Source: Phoronis australis
Lineage: Eukaryota > Animalia > Phoronida
Direction of reading: 5' to 3'
Length of the DNA: 64,000 bases
Assembly (NCBI GenBank): GCA_002633005.1
Contig: NMRA01000678.1
Coordinates: 65,613 to 129,612, forward strand
The position numbers were made by a program, and so were the translations under genes. The notes beneath the pieces were generated by a model. It was not told the DNA's origin. It did no database searches and worked only from the letters and a program-made list of their open reading frames with translations. Below, piece after piece: positions 24,601-37,775 of this stretch. Position 1 is the first letter of the stretch. Every line of letters begins with the position of its first letter.

Positions 24601-27600
24601 CGGAGAACTGGATGCAAAAGCCTTTATTAGTATCTGTTAGAAGACCAAAACCGTGTTTGATATCCTTTTATAGCTGGTGCGTTCGAGTCTGAATTGGTTT
24701 GAGTTTGGTAGTACGAGCTTGGACTACTTTACTGCATAAACGATAACATACTTGGGCACACAATAATACTAAGAAACTTATTGCGAGTGCTTATTACAGT
24801 AGAACAGAAAATGTCAAAAATGGCTCCGAGTTCGATTTCGGAGATTAGACCCCGGGCCCTGGGGTCCTTAAAAACGGCAGTGGTGGAATGCTCATTGATT
24901 GCTATTATCGATCATACGAGTCATAATGGCGTATATCTATGGAAATATTTCAAAATCATTTCAATCCAAAAATTAGTTCGTTTTATCTGACGATTATCCA
25001 CTACAGTTTTCTAAAGCGGAACTCCTTTTTTCAGCTGCCACACCCGAAGTTATCAACAGCGCTATGAGCGCCTTGGTTAAGACATGGCCTCGAGCGGAGA
25101 AAATCTTTGACAACGCTAATACAGATATCGAGGAATTGATCAGCAAAACTGATCCAACCAGTACGTCAACGCCTTGTCTAATTTCTAGTAGCAAATATTT
25201 ACGTCTAAGTAGCTTGCAGCTTTCCTAAAAGTAGTAAAAGTTGAAAATCTTGATTTATATATTTTAACAATCTATTAAGGCTTGTGGTTTGGAACATCCT
25301 GGCAAACCCAGAAGTCATTTTGCGGGAAGAACCGTTGAATTTGGCAGTATTTTGATTAATTTGTTTTCTCCCATGCAGCGTGTAGCGGGATGCCTTTCAT
25401 CAGTTTCAATCCCTGACCAACGCAAATTTGGAAACCGCAACATTCCGAGGTCACTCCAAGCCATGAAACCCTACCCCAAACACTTTTGACGACCTCTTCC
25501 GTCGTAACGTGCTCTTCTTTCGTTTGTCGGTCTTGTACCTCTCAGAGGGGGCCTGACCGGTGATTAGGAGTCGACTGTAGCTTTTCTATTTTTATGCAAC
25601 TGTGAAGCTACTCTTCTAGGGGGTTTTGACGATGGTATCAATTGTCACTCGTCCCACAGAATTGTTATGTCTTAGTTCCATTCAGTTTACCTCTCTCAGG
25701 GGGGCCCTTGAAGGGTAAGGTGAACTCTCCTCTCCGCTCTCCATAAATCCGGCAATGACACGAGATATGTAGAGCTTGGTGCAATTAGTTTAGGTAATGG
25801 GTACCACCCAGTTTTCAGGATTTTATAAATGAAAGTACACGGTGTAGTGAAACTCAATTGCATTTTTCAGTGGCATACGGACTCCAGGGACGCGGGTTCC
25901 TTAAAATCGATAAGTATTTGAAGTGATCCATAAAACTGGCTAATCATATTGGAAATGCATTATTGATTGTCTAAACTTCGACGTGCAATGACTGCGAGCA
26001 TGATGTTACGTGTCTTTTTTCAGAGAAAGATAAAGCTAAGGTATACGGAGGACTGTTGCAGGGTTTGCGCACCACCGATAACGTGGTACGTGCGGCGTAC
26101 GCGAAATATAACGTTACGCTGAACAGGATCTTGACTTCCGGTAAGTTTCACACCTCCACATGTTCAATCTCACCTGCGTCATTGTCTTGAATACAGGCTA
26201 TATTAGAATTAGGGTCTGGTGTACATCATGAAAACGAGGCTATTTAATTTGAGTGTTGACCATGTAATTACGATCTGATTGGTAGGCGCATTTCCAATAA
26301 TTCTGTTTGTAGTAAATTGAAACATGGCAAGCATTTCATAATCTCTGGCGGTATATGTGATACTTAACTAAGGTTATTATTAAATTCAAATGTTTGATCC
26401 AGGGAATTCGCCGAACGTTATGTCCTCAATACCATAAGTTAAAGACAAATTAAATTTCTGATTTGCCCAATGAAATAAGGAGGGCCAAAAAGATTGCAAT
26501 ATTTACATGATCAATACAAATGAACAAATTTCTCTAGTTCTTCCTTCCAAGAACTGCACTTATGCGAAACTCCAATTTTCCCGAGAAAAGTGTTAGTGTT
26601 AAGTATTTTGTGTGTCAAACGAATTTGAAACCACTTGAATAATTTGTAGCAGTGGGTTTTTCACCACTAAAAGTCAGTTAAAGGAGTATAAAATTGTCTC
26701 CCATTTGTTCCAAAGTTTGTGTTTGTACAGTAGGTTAACTTATAAAGAAAATTCCCTGGCTCAGCAATAGTGAGATAAGTGAAAGTGTTTGCAGGAAGTT
26801 TGGCAAAGTAACTTCATTTCTTGAAATTTTTTTCTTACTTTAAGATATTCACTTAATGTTATCCTCAAGCCGTAAAATATGAACAATATTTTTCTGGCTG
26901 AGTGGGAATTATTCCATTCACTTTAAACTCATTAATACTTGGCACCGTGGCAAGTTTTCTTACTGAAGTTATTTCGCCACCAAATGGTATTCAGTCTTTC
27001 ATTGTTGACAGTCAGCGCCCGGCCGTAACGGAAATCGTGGGGGACCAACGTGGGTATCTTAGTGTCCGTCTAAATTTATTTTCGATATTTTCGCAAGTTT
27101 AATGGTCACGATATTCTAACTGTATAGCACTTTCATTCAATTATTTTGAAGTTGCACGTTCGTTGCTCTGTTTATACCAGAGTTAATTAAACCCAGTAAA
27201 ACGCGTTTAGCCTGCCCCACCCTAGTCGGCCTTGTTATTCAATTGTTGGCACCGGAATGTGAATAGTCAAGTGTCTGAAACTATCCTTGTATGTATGCGG
27301 CATTTATGATTTAACTATTTATTTCGATAAAACAGCCGGGGATGGCATGCCTTCACCTTTCACCAGTGCAATGGTCTCGATCGGTCCGCAGCGGGTCAAC
27401 AGCTGCCTGGTCCGAGTCCGGCAAAATAATTTCTGTCAAAATTTATTTTGCCACATTTGCCAACAATTTCAGTACAAATTGTTCCTATTCTGGTTTTATT
27501 AAAGTTAAGCCCGCTGTTAATCCCGTTTTCAGGCTGGTAACAGACACTGCTCCAGTCGCACAGCCGGTGTTCTATTTTTGAAAGTAGAACACCGGCTAAA

Positions 27601-30600
27601 AGCTGGGTTCCTGAATGAATTGTATGTCTGCTTTCGCTCGTTCAAAATGGCGGTGCATGTGTTCTTCTGGTCGCAATCATGAGTGGCGCGTTTATTAAAA
27701 CTTTCTTCGGCTACGGATTGTATATTGGCTATGGAATAGGCACTGCTTGGTTCATCAGTTTTTGATTCATATCACTTATTGCTATAAAACTGATCTTAAT
27801 CGGTGCCTAGAGGAGGTAACCGACAGAGCCACGTGTTCACATCACGTGACCTAGAAATTACAAGCCTGATAACTGAGATGCAGAGAAGAGATTTCTGTGT
27901 TTAGGAAGATCTGCAAGTTCGCCACCATTGGATATCATACTCGGCGTTCAGTTAAAATGACCCACCGTGACGTTAAATTAGCATTGCCGTGTAGGATCGT
28001 CTTTTTATTGGGGTGTGATTCTTCATTTTTCAGGTGTCTCATGGGAGTTCCAAAACAACCGACTGTGGCACTTGATCTTCGTTGTCAGCGCAGAAATAAA
28101 CAAGACTGGTGGGAAGAGTAAGTGAACAGATTGTTTGTTGCATTTTAATTTCATGTTCTCACTCATTTAAACCATCAATTAGTCCAACTTTAAATGTAGT
28201 ATTTTTTAAATAGTCCTGTCAAAAATCGAAGTCTAATAATGGGAAATCAAACACTACGTATTTGTCAATTTCTTTTAGTTTCAAACGAGTGTTTCGTGTG
28301 TAAAATTAGTTATAGCAAACATGTACATAATACGCTGTACAATAAACGTATGGGCAAGATGTGAATGAAGTAACCGGTCTACTGACAAATAACTACTGAT
28401 AAATAAAGTCGCTTGCAACGGATCACTTTCTCAGCACTGGATCACTGTCTCGGAATTCCCACTTATATGGGTCAACAGCTGATTAACTGAAAACAAAGTA
28501 ACCGAAAATACTGCGTTTTCCGACAAAATAAAAAAAAAAAAACAATTGAAAGTAATCTAACTTAATATTGTAATCATACTTTACAGTAATTCCCAAAACA
28601 TTAAGTAAAACAACGCAATCTGAAGCAAGAATGATCACATCAAAGTTTTGATCGTCGGAAGTCACAAATGAAATCTAGGTCAATCGTTCGGCGAACTCGA
28701 TCATTGGGAAGGCGACAATACTCAATTACTTGTTTAGATACAAATAAAAATGAACATTCTAACAAATGAAAGTGAAACAGCTCTATAAATTTCCACTAAA
28801 ATATCGCTTTTCTGCGATTTCATCAATATCGTCTGCTCATTCTCCGCCGTCCGACTGAGTCAATATGGCTTATGACAGCGTTGACCTGTTTACAACTGAA
28901 TTCGTTGTAATTCCATTTCCAGTATCAAAAACACTTCGATGAATATTAAAAGTGTGTTTACCTTGTTCTTATCTTTATCTGCTAGTTGAAACTAGAGAAA
29001 TTAAAGATTATTAACCGATTCTGCTCTTTTGTTTTCTGTCCACCTAGATAAATTATATGGGCGAACGTTTCATTGCGTGTACGTGTTCCTACGTGTGATA
29101 GAAATCTAGTTCGGCAAAGAAACACTATGAAAAATGACAAAATACGAGGTATAATTCGGTGGAATGAAAATACATCACTCTGATCATGCCGAGACCAAAT
29201 CACTACCCATTTTTAACACACGACATATGACCTATTTTTACTTTAACAACTTTGAACTCGGACGATCTCATGTTTTGTAAAAAATCATGATTGTTTATGC
29301 AAGTTTTATTGTCAATATTTACGATACATTTGGAGCAGAGCCCGAAGAAGAAGAATGTATCAAAGCCCTCCACGCAGATGTCCAGGGAATACGCGATGAA
29401 ATTAAATGGATCGCCCAAGAAGTGTCCTCTGAACAGCTTGAAAAAGGCAAGCCAATATTTTGTACCATTGCTACATGCTATAGCCGCTTGCCAGACACGA
29501 TCGCACTACTTGCAGCGAGAAACTTGGCTTATGAAAAGGAAATATTAAGCATCATCGGTGTCAACGTACGCCAACCGTTGATTCCTGTTTCAACATTCCG
29601 AATGGACACCCTTTCAATTTTCCGGTGGCGGCCATTTTGATAGTGTATCATCACGTGTAAGTACTGATCCACAGATTGTTGCGTGTCTTGTGTACACACT
29701 GGTGCAGGTGTGAACTAACTTAAAACACCAGCAAAATCTTGAGTGAGTCACACACGATCTTGCTGGATCACTAGTCCCTTGTATTGTTGGGCGACACCTG
29801 AGAGTGAGGTTGTTCTGAATCATGATCACCATGATAAATGCTTCTGAAATGGTATCCCCTTTCACTGGGCCTACGCAAGTTAATGTCGTCCCGGACAATC
29901 AAACGACAGTTGACCGTAATATTTTCGGGCGCATTGACTGCTACATACTTCAGGTTTTATATCTACTTACAAGTTCAATTCTTTCTTTGCAGACGAACTG
30001 CCACATCCCGTCGAGGTTGTCAAGGAGATAGCCATCATTGAGTACATGAGTAAGAAGATTGACAGGGAGATCGTTCAGCTTTTTCGTGGTGTTATTGCCA
30101 TGTTTTGTAAGTTGAATTTGCATGCCACGTATTGTAAGTTTAATTTATAACATTGCACCTTTCATTCTTTGGGATCCAATCATGCTCGCTAAGTACGATT
30201 TACACTTACACCAACTATTCAGATACTTCTGTCTGAAATTTGAAGCAGTATTAAATCAGACGCTTGAAAGTAATTCAGGAAAATCCTCACATTTTTCGAG
30301 TTGTTTTGAGATTGATATGCAACCAACCTCGGAATTATCAAAGCTGTATCTCAGAAATGTCTGATTGTAATTTGAAGCCACGGAATACCGAGGTGTTTCG
30401 CTTATGGCCGCCCGCACTCTCAGTTTTGTTTGCTTAAGCTTTTCTGGCAGCCGAGATTCAGTTGGAAGTTAATTCTTTTGTCATCCGGCCTACTTTAGTT
30501 GGATACTTATCCTCACCGTAATAATGCGCTTGACACCAAATCGATTTATCACGTGTCTAAACCAAAGTAGATCAATTTGAACTTAAGTTTGTTTTTCGCC

Positions 30601-31744
30601 CTGTTTATATGGATGAAAACGAAAATCAAATTGGGCCTTTTACTATCATAACATTGGCTACGTCATATTCTATACCGTAACAGAATTTCGTTTTTTGTCA
30701 ACAAGAACATCGGAACCATCAACGACTCAAGGAAACGCTTCAAATTTTATTGGTGTTGGCCAACCCAAAAATTGTGAATTCGAAAATGGCGCGTGCTCGC
30801 ATTGACTGTGACTTGACGTAATCGAGTATAGAATCCTATCAGGGTAGGGAACATGTTGAGACCGATCTCATGAAAATAAAACGCTTTTCGGTTTTCCTTT
30901 TCTGGCCAGCTATAAACAAAAGCAATGCAGCTTGGAGTTCGAGATCGGAGACTGGCCCAGCAATAAATGTCTCATTCACGTTATAACGAATTCACGGAAC
31001 AAACGTAACGAATTGCAAAACTTCATACGCTCAGATTTCCACAAGATCAACTTCTCGAGAGAATGGGCTGCAAGGGATGACGAAAAACAACAACTAATTG
31101 AAAGCAACGGCCAGATAAACTTCAGCATATTTCAGCCAACGTGAAAAATTCCCCGAATGTATGAATACTCTGAACCTATTCGTAGTATACAATTATGTAA
31201 CATTTCAGCGTTCCTAAACAAGCCGGACACGGACAAACCGGACAAACCCACCCCCCCAAAAAACCAGGTTCTGTCGACGTTGCATTCCCTGATTGACGAA
31301 ATTTTTGCTCTCAAACGCTCTCGCTCCAATGGCATACAAAAAGCTTTGGAAAAGGTAATTTTTTGTATGTTCAGTGACATAACACAGACTGACTAAGGCT
31401 TTTTTGTTTTCTTCTGTACCCATAAGTTTTCTTGTTGTTAGAACATTAGAACTGCTTGCTTCTCATGGTCCATTTTAAATTTTTGGTGCTAATTATCTTT
31501 TTCGTACGATAATTTCTATGTTTTGACCTCTTGAAATGGGCATAGTCCACGCTTTCGCCTTTCCTAATCGACATTGATACATGCACTTTTTCTTGGTATT
31601 CGCTCTGCCAAAGAGTAACTTGTTATCTCTGAACTTTAACAGGAGAAGGAGAGAAAAGACTTCTTGACCTTGGGAAATGACGAAGAAGCGGACCGGAAGC
31701 GTCGTAGCGTACTTCGTGAGACGATGAAAGCTAATCGAAAGTAA
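21620..31744 (+). CDS. Uncharacterised secreted-protein family, paralog B (complete, 9 exons, 331 aa with signal peptide)
   Basis: Exons 21620-21667 (MKLSLVAFYLVCAVAL), 22296-22446 (CSAKPGPFSEGPFSGK...VVQKRNMIGGKKQS), 25035-25160 (PATPEVINSAMSALVKTWPRAEKIFDNANTDIEELISKTDPT), 26024-26140 (KKDKAKVYGGLLQGLRTTDNVVRAAYAKYNVTLNRILTS), 28034-28117 (GVSWEFQNNRLWHLIFVVSAEINKTGGK), 29339-29446 (KPEEEECIKALHADVQGIRDEIKWIAQEVSSEQLEK, GC donor), 29993-30106 (DELPHPVEVVKEIAIIEYMSKKIDREIVQLFRGVIAMF), 31209-31354 (SFLNKPDTDK...IQKALEK), 31643-31744 (EKERKDFLTLGNDEEADRKRRSVLRETMKANRK*). Splices to one 996-nt open frame; TATA box upstream; AATAAA at 31919-31924. Confidence 0.88.
23205..23252 (-). promoter_or_regulatory. 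Replication-dependent histone mRNA-type 3' stem-loop plus downstream purine-rich element, with no histone CDS
   Basis: Minus strand reads CAACCAAC-GGCCCT-TTTA-AGGGCC-ACTCAACACTTCCCAGAAGAACTG; 16-nt stem-loop at 23230-23245. Confidence 0.7.
23950..24283 (-). repeat. Dispersed repeat of about 330 bp in intron 2 of paralog B (inverted copy of 17233-17551) with subterminal hairpin
   Basis: Reverse-complement match to 17233-17551; hairpin gtggattttagagaattatcgccc...gggtgataattctccaaaatccac at about 23985-24049. Confidence 0.85.
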
Positions 31745-33298
31745 ACCGATTAGTCGAGAACTTGTTTCCGTTGGAATCGAGTTCACGTTCGGATGTCAGA
31801 GAAGACCGGAAACTCCCTACAACATTCATTATCTTGAAACAACACAATGGGAATTAACTACAAATAGTTGAAGACTTACCAACTTATTGATATGAGTTCA
31901 TATAAATTTTACTCTAGAAATAAACATTTTCAAATTATCAGACGTTTGTTTTAGTGGCAACTATGTATCAAAAATTGTACAGTTTTGATCGTTTGCAACA
32001 TCAACAACATCCAATGTGATTCCTCAAAGTAGAGGTATTTCGATCATTTAAACTATACCCTCTCTTTAGACATTTGAAATATTTTAACACCTGTTCTAAG
32101 CGTGCATGTGTTTGTTACACGCGTTATTTTGAATGTACACGAAAACGCCTTAACAGGAGCATAACAAATGATAACAGAAGAATTCGTCATTTTAACAAAC
32201 ACGTTTTAGTCAAGACGAAGTGAAATTAAGGTTGCATGTCACAGTCGTGCACAAAATTAACCAAGACACAGATTCAGGTAGGACACAAGGGGTTCGGGGC
32301 CCCATCTAATGACGTTGACAGCATACCGCCTCCTCCCCCCGCCTTCCAGCTTCCTAGATCCGTAAGAGTCAGCAGTCACCACTTTCTACTTAAAGGACGG
32401 AATCAACAATTGGTCGGACTTCAAACCACTTGCCCGGATTTCAAAACTACTAGCTGACTGGACTGCAAAACCGATTGGACTTTGTTCTAACTCAGTTTGG
32501 TGGTCGGACCTCAAAATGGGTTGGCCGGTACCTCAAAGATGGCCGCACCCAAAAAACTGGTTGTGCCGACCTCTATAACGGGTTGGCCGGTGATCAAGCA
32601 GAACAGCCGATCAAGTCACCGATTTTGAACAAAACAAACAGACCGGTACGAAAAATAAACACTAGATGTCACTTGAATCTTTCCATTGAAAGGTAGTTTT
32701 ACTGTCGTGTTTGATCATCGGCCAACTGGTTGCAGCACCGGCCATCGTGATTTGAAGTCCTGCCAACACGTTTGATCACCGACCATCTGGTTTTGCAGTC
32801 CAGCCGATTTGTTTTTAAGTCCGACGAATTCTCTCGTATGCACTTTTGCCCTCACACACTTTTCCCGTCTCTAGGACACATTTCCTTATTCGTGCACGGA
32901 CCACCCCTGCTCACGCACAATGTTCTGTGCTCGAGGTGCCACTTCTCACGTAACGGACAAACTTGTCGACAGAACTGCTGACTGCTTCCGTTGCTGTCTT
33001 TTTTCAATGGCTTATTTCAGAATGTTCGCGAGACGCGAAAAGTGATCCGGTATGGGGAATAGCGTGCGCGAGTGGGATTTTGTTAGCGGACAATTAGCCC
33101 TAGCCGTGCGCCTTCAGCAGTGAACAAGTCCCACCGTCGGCTCCTGCCCCCCCGTGAGGGACTCTCCTGGTCATCTCGACAGTGGTTTTACGTCAACAAA
33201 TTGAAAAAGATACAAATGATAATTTTTGAAAAATCAACAGATGACCTGGATAATCTGGAATTGACATAGGCTCCCTTTTTACGCAGACATAACCAAAA
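27761..33298 (+). repeat. Segmental duplication, copy 2 (pairs with 2761-8897)
   Basis: Shared anchors such as cacgtgacctagaaattacaagcctgataactgagatg and ttacacttacaccaactattcagatacttctgtctgaaattt in the same order as copy 1. Confidence 0.92.
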
Positions 33299-34907
33299 AT
33301 ATAATAATAAACATACGGCATATCTATTTTAAGGCCCACGCGGGCGTTTTTCTTCGTGACTGTTCTTGCCTCCTGTTACAACGTCGTAGATCCGCTAGCG
33401 TGTTTAACAACTTCTACCTTTATTAACACCGACATAAGACGTTTCTTTCACAAACGCATCCAGAGCCCTTACGTAAGATCAAGATAACTGACTCCCGTTC
33501 AGTAACACTAGGACCTCGCTAAAAGCAATTCTTCGTGAGATTACGTGAGATGTTGCCGTGTATTTTAAATGAGAACACCTGGCTAGATTTTTGCTATATC
33601 CTAGCGTAGAAACTAGCGTAGATCCTAGCGTTACTGAACGCACGCCTGAACAGGACGAGTCACTTCCACCTAAAAGTAAAGCACATTCACACATCGAAAA
33701 AAAGAAACAAACAAACAGAGGCAAAGAAAATTAATGACAATTAAAACTACACTGATTACCTCCATCATTTAGGTATGCAAGCGGGAAATGAATTCACTCT
33801 CCAAACCATGAGTTTCATAATTCCTTACAGTGGTAAGACTTGATTTCCGTTACTAAGAATAGCAGATTTTAGCATCAAAAACTATCAGCTAGCCAAGAAA
33901 ATACTTTATAATGTTTCTCAGTTTAGGGGGTTGGCCACCCCTACTCAAAAGAACGTATTTATGGCCCATGCGCATTGCTTTTGATTTGATTTGAAGGTTC
34001 GACGTTCGGCAACAATTCAGGATCGATTGAGTGTGACAATATTTTTAAATCTCAAAGCGATAGTTATCAGCTCACCGCAGACGGCTACATAGCTACAGGC
34101 TGAACTCAGTGTTAGTCTCTTTCGCAGTGAAACGAAATGTAGCACTGTCGAATGTTGTTTAACATGGCTTCACATTGATTAAAGTAATGAGACCGACGTC
34201 ATAACATTCAGTTATTCCCATTGGTTGAAATTTGAGGTAACCCCTTTCAGTTTATAGTTACCGAATATGACAACCAGTTTTTACTCAGTATGTTATTAAA
34301 ATGGGCAGTGGTCGAAATAAACAGAATCAAGAAAACCCCGATCTAGTTGCTTAAGCCCTAACATGTACAGTAAATAAAAGTTGTGCAAGTGGTGGCGATG
34401 TGATCGGTATACTTCCTACCACGGCATGCGCATTGATGCCCACACACGGAATTCCGTGTGCCGTTCATCATTTTCCCACAGGAACACTTTTCAGTATAGG
34501 TGGCGCTGTATCAGAGGGTAATCTCAGTGTCTGACTTAGTGAATCATAGCTGAACTGACACCTCACGCCATGCTTCAATTGAAACTAACCCATAGTCTCG
34601 TCTTGACTCTGGGCAGTCGGCTCAGCTATGCCTTCACTTGAGGAAGACTGTTCAGCTAGTAAATATTCGTCTGTCGACGCTTGTGTCCCATTATCAATGA
34701 CCAGCTTCTCATATTATGGCTTACCTAACGAAAGTTATACTGTAGAATAGAAATGCGAAATAACACAACGTAAACTAGAGAATTTGTATTTTACAGACGA
34801 ACTATCTTTACGTACCGCGAAAACTAATCTTCAAAGAGAAAGCAATTCTCACCGTTTAAATGTAACAAACCTGATCCCAACTTTTGCCGTGGATAAATCG
34901 AAAACAT

Positions 34908-35117
34908 TGTTAGCATCAGGGGTTTTGTCAACATTTGTCGCGCACACGACTCACAAGTTGGCCTATACACCTGTATGAATCAGCTGCTCAACACGCTTGG
35001 GTGCGAGTAGTTTTGTAGTCTTCGGAGTATTGGGCGATGGATGGCTCTGCCCACATAAAAATGGTAGATGTTCGGAGGAGTAGGCAAAATTTGAAGCTCA
35101 CTGCTGAACGATCGAGA
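34908..35117 (+). repeat. Young dispersed repeat, near-identical to 63795-64000
   Basis: About 205 bp starting tgttagcatcaggggttttgtcaac with few differences between copies. Confidence 0.92.
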
Positions 35118-35968
35118 CCGCCTTTGGTAACGAAGACAGTTTAACGTTGACGGTGAAAAGTTGCCGGGGTTGTGACGATCAGAAACAGGACTGTCAAGAT
35201 TGATGTCTTCAATTCAAAGGCATGGAAGTGATATGGTGCAAGAAAACGAATGGACATTGACATTGAAGACTGACATTTGATTTGGGCGATTTCCACGTTG
35301 CCGTCAGTCGCGTGACCTCGTAACGGCTTGTATACTGCATTTACTCACGCACCACAAAATCGTCGTTTTTTAAAGTTGCACGTTGCTTTCCAAATTAAGA
35401 TAGTTTTTGCTTCGAAGATTTCTACAAACTGTCACAATTTTGAGACTTACGGCAGTTTGTGCAGCTCCACAAACCCGTGAATGGAGATCCTTATCGCCGA
35501 ATCTTTATGTAATGTTTTCCTTAACAAGACTTGTGTTGCGAAACACACACCTGGATGGCCATTTCGCAATGAGGACATTAATCAAATATTTTTTACTCTC
35601 AGGTGGTCGCCGACAAATCCAGTGGCAGGACTAAGTTAACAAGAAGATCACTTCAAAATGACTTGTTTGTTTTTCCAATAGCCAGTTCGCCGGTCATCTT
35701 ATAAACAAATAACTTCATGCTCTCTCGTTATTTCCTCTCTTGTTTGCACAATCAGGGGGTTTTCGCGAGCACACGTTATAATAGTGTAATATTCTTGAAG
35801 TGATTTCGCTACCCGAAGACTTATAAGTCGCATTTGTACATTCCTCATCCACTGATTTGTTGCGACGTCATTCAGAATAAAAGACAGCAAACATTTGTTT
35901 TTAAACATTTTTTGAGATTTTAAGAATAACGCATCAGCTAAAAGTAACTAATTAAAAGTAATCATATA

Positions 35969-36237
35969 CAAGGGCGGATCCAGGATTTTGAGTTGGGTGT
36001 CAGGCATAACCAGAATTTCGCCTCATGCGCGCGTCCAGCCTAAAATGTAGGGGTCTCGAACTTTTGGGTTTGTGGACTTTATTACCAAATAAAAGACGGG
36101 GTTTGTTCAAGGCCTATGCATTGTGCATTCGACCCCCGAGCCCCTCTGGGTGCGCGCATATTCTAGTCATCAAATGGAATCTGGGAGAATTTTAGGGGTG
36201 GGGGCATGGCCCCCTTGCCCCCCTAAATCCGCCTCTG
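35969..36237. mobile_element. MITE with GGCGGAT/ATCCGCC-containing TIRs
   Basis: caagggcggatccagg ... cctaaatccgcctctg; TSD not clean. Confidence 0.65.
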
Positions 36238-37109
36238 TTATATTGCCAAGCTGAATTTCACATACAACACTTTGTCTCTGTGCGTATATAGTTACTCAAA
36301 AATGAAAGATTATCTATTCGTTTCGAATCTTATTTTAAAGACCCAGTTCCACGTGGTTTCAATGATTACTAGCCGTTACCTGTGCTTTCGCACGGGTAGC
36401 AGCTAATGGGAAACGCCGATGGGAAATAGCTACATCTAAAAGTGAACCAATCGAGTGTTCATCGCACTGAGAGACAGGAATACTTCTTGAAGAGACCGTG
36501 TTCAAAGCTTCAAGCAGAATTTTTGTCACCTGTCTTATTTTAGTAGGCAATTAAGGTGTGCGGCTGTGGGATTCTTCCCCTAGACAGTACAAATTTCTTT
36601 CCAGACATTTGACCCTGCCGTAACACAAAGTACGGTAATCAGATATTCTTCAGTTTAAAAATAAGGTTAATTTCTTCTTTACCAGTGACAATAAATCTCT
36701 TATTTCAGCCAAAAACGTAGTTGATTCTCATTTTGAGGCCTGCATTCATCAACTAAAAAACACGCCCACCCCCATCAGTTAAGGTTCGTCACCGTGACGT
36801 CACCTTAGCACGGGTAATCACGGTTACGATAATATGCCAAGCGATCACTAAAAAAATCCCGCATCATTTTGCTATAGTCTCGGCTTGATTTTTTTGAATA
36901 ATTAGCAAATAAAAAGTACTTCACCACCTACCGACCGCACGGGCCACTATGTTTTTGACTCAGTGAGTTAGATAGAGATTGTTTGGCCTATGTGCATGTA
37001 CATTTATCTCATGACTTTTTCTGTGTGTTTTATGGTTGCACTGTACCGACACAGTCGAGGCCACCTATCCTATACTAACCATGCTATACTTTCTGGTTAC
37101 ACGAAAATA

Positions 37110-37775
37110 CTAAATGCACAAAACGTACCTCGATTAGCGTAGATGAAGTAATATTCCGAGACATTATTCCTAGGAATCGACCCACACGCTTCGAATTCCT
37201 AAGTTTCTTTCATTTTTACGCATTTTTTTAAACACTTTACTCAGACTGTTCACGGACTGTTGGCGGATCACATCCTACATGTATATACTTATGCGTTAGG
37301 TTACAAATTTTCTCTAGTAAGAGAAACTATTTTAAAGAAACGATTTCTTCCTTGAAAAGAGATAACAAAGGTGAAAAACATCGGTAATTGTGGACTGAAC
37401 TAACCACATTTCTAGAAAATAGTTAAATAACAACAACATTTGATATTTTAGTTACCGAAGAATCTGTGCCTGAGTTGCAGACGATATAGTTCTTAGCAAT
37501 TGAAAACTGAAACAGAAGTGTCCTATAATTACCAGTTTTGTACGAGAAGTTACGTGTGGGTGCTGATTGCATGTCGAATGTTATTTCCACTGATGCAATT
37601 GTATTACTTTAAACTATATTCGTAAAGTTTGAAGATCGAACCGGCTAATGACGCCGAGTCGACATTCACTTACCTTTTGAACTTTCCATGTCAGAGGGCA
37701 CTGTTGAAGTAGTGCCAGGTGTGAATACGGAAAACAAAATCACATGGCCGTATTGCACTCGACTGATTCAAGAAA
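37110..37775 (+). repeat. Copy of the paralog B upstream flank (20760-21285), with a short inverted segment and an insertion of about 100 bp
   Basis: Direct similarity from 37180; 37111-37155 is the reverse complement of 20761-20803. Confidence 0.85.
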
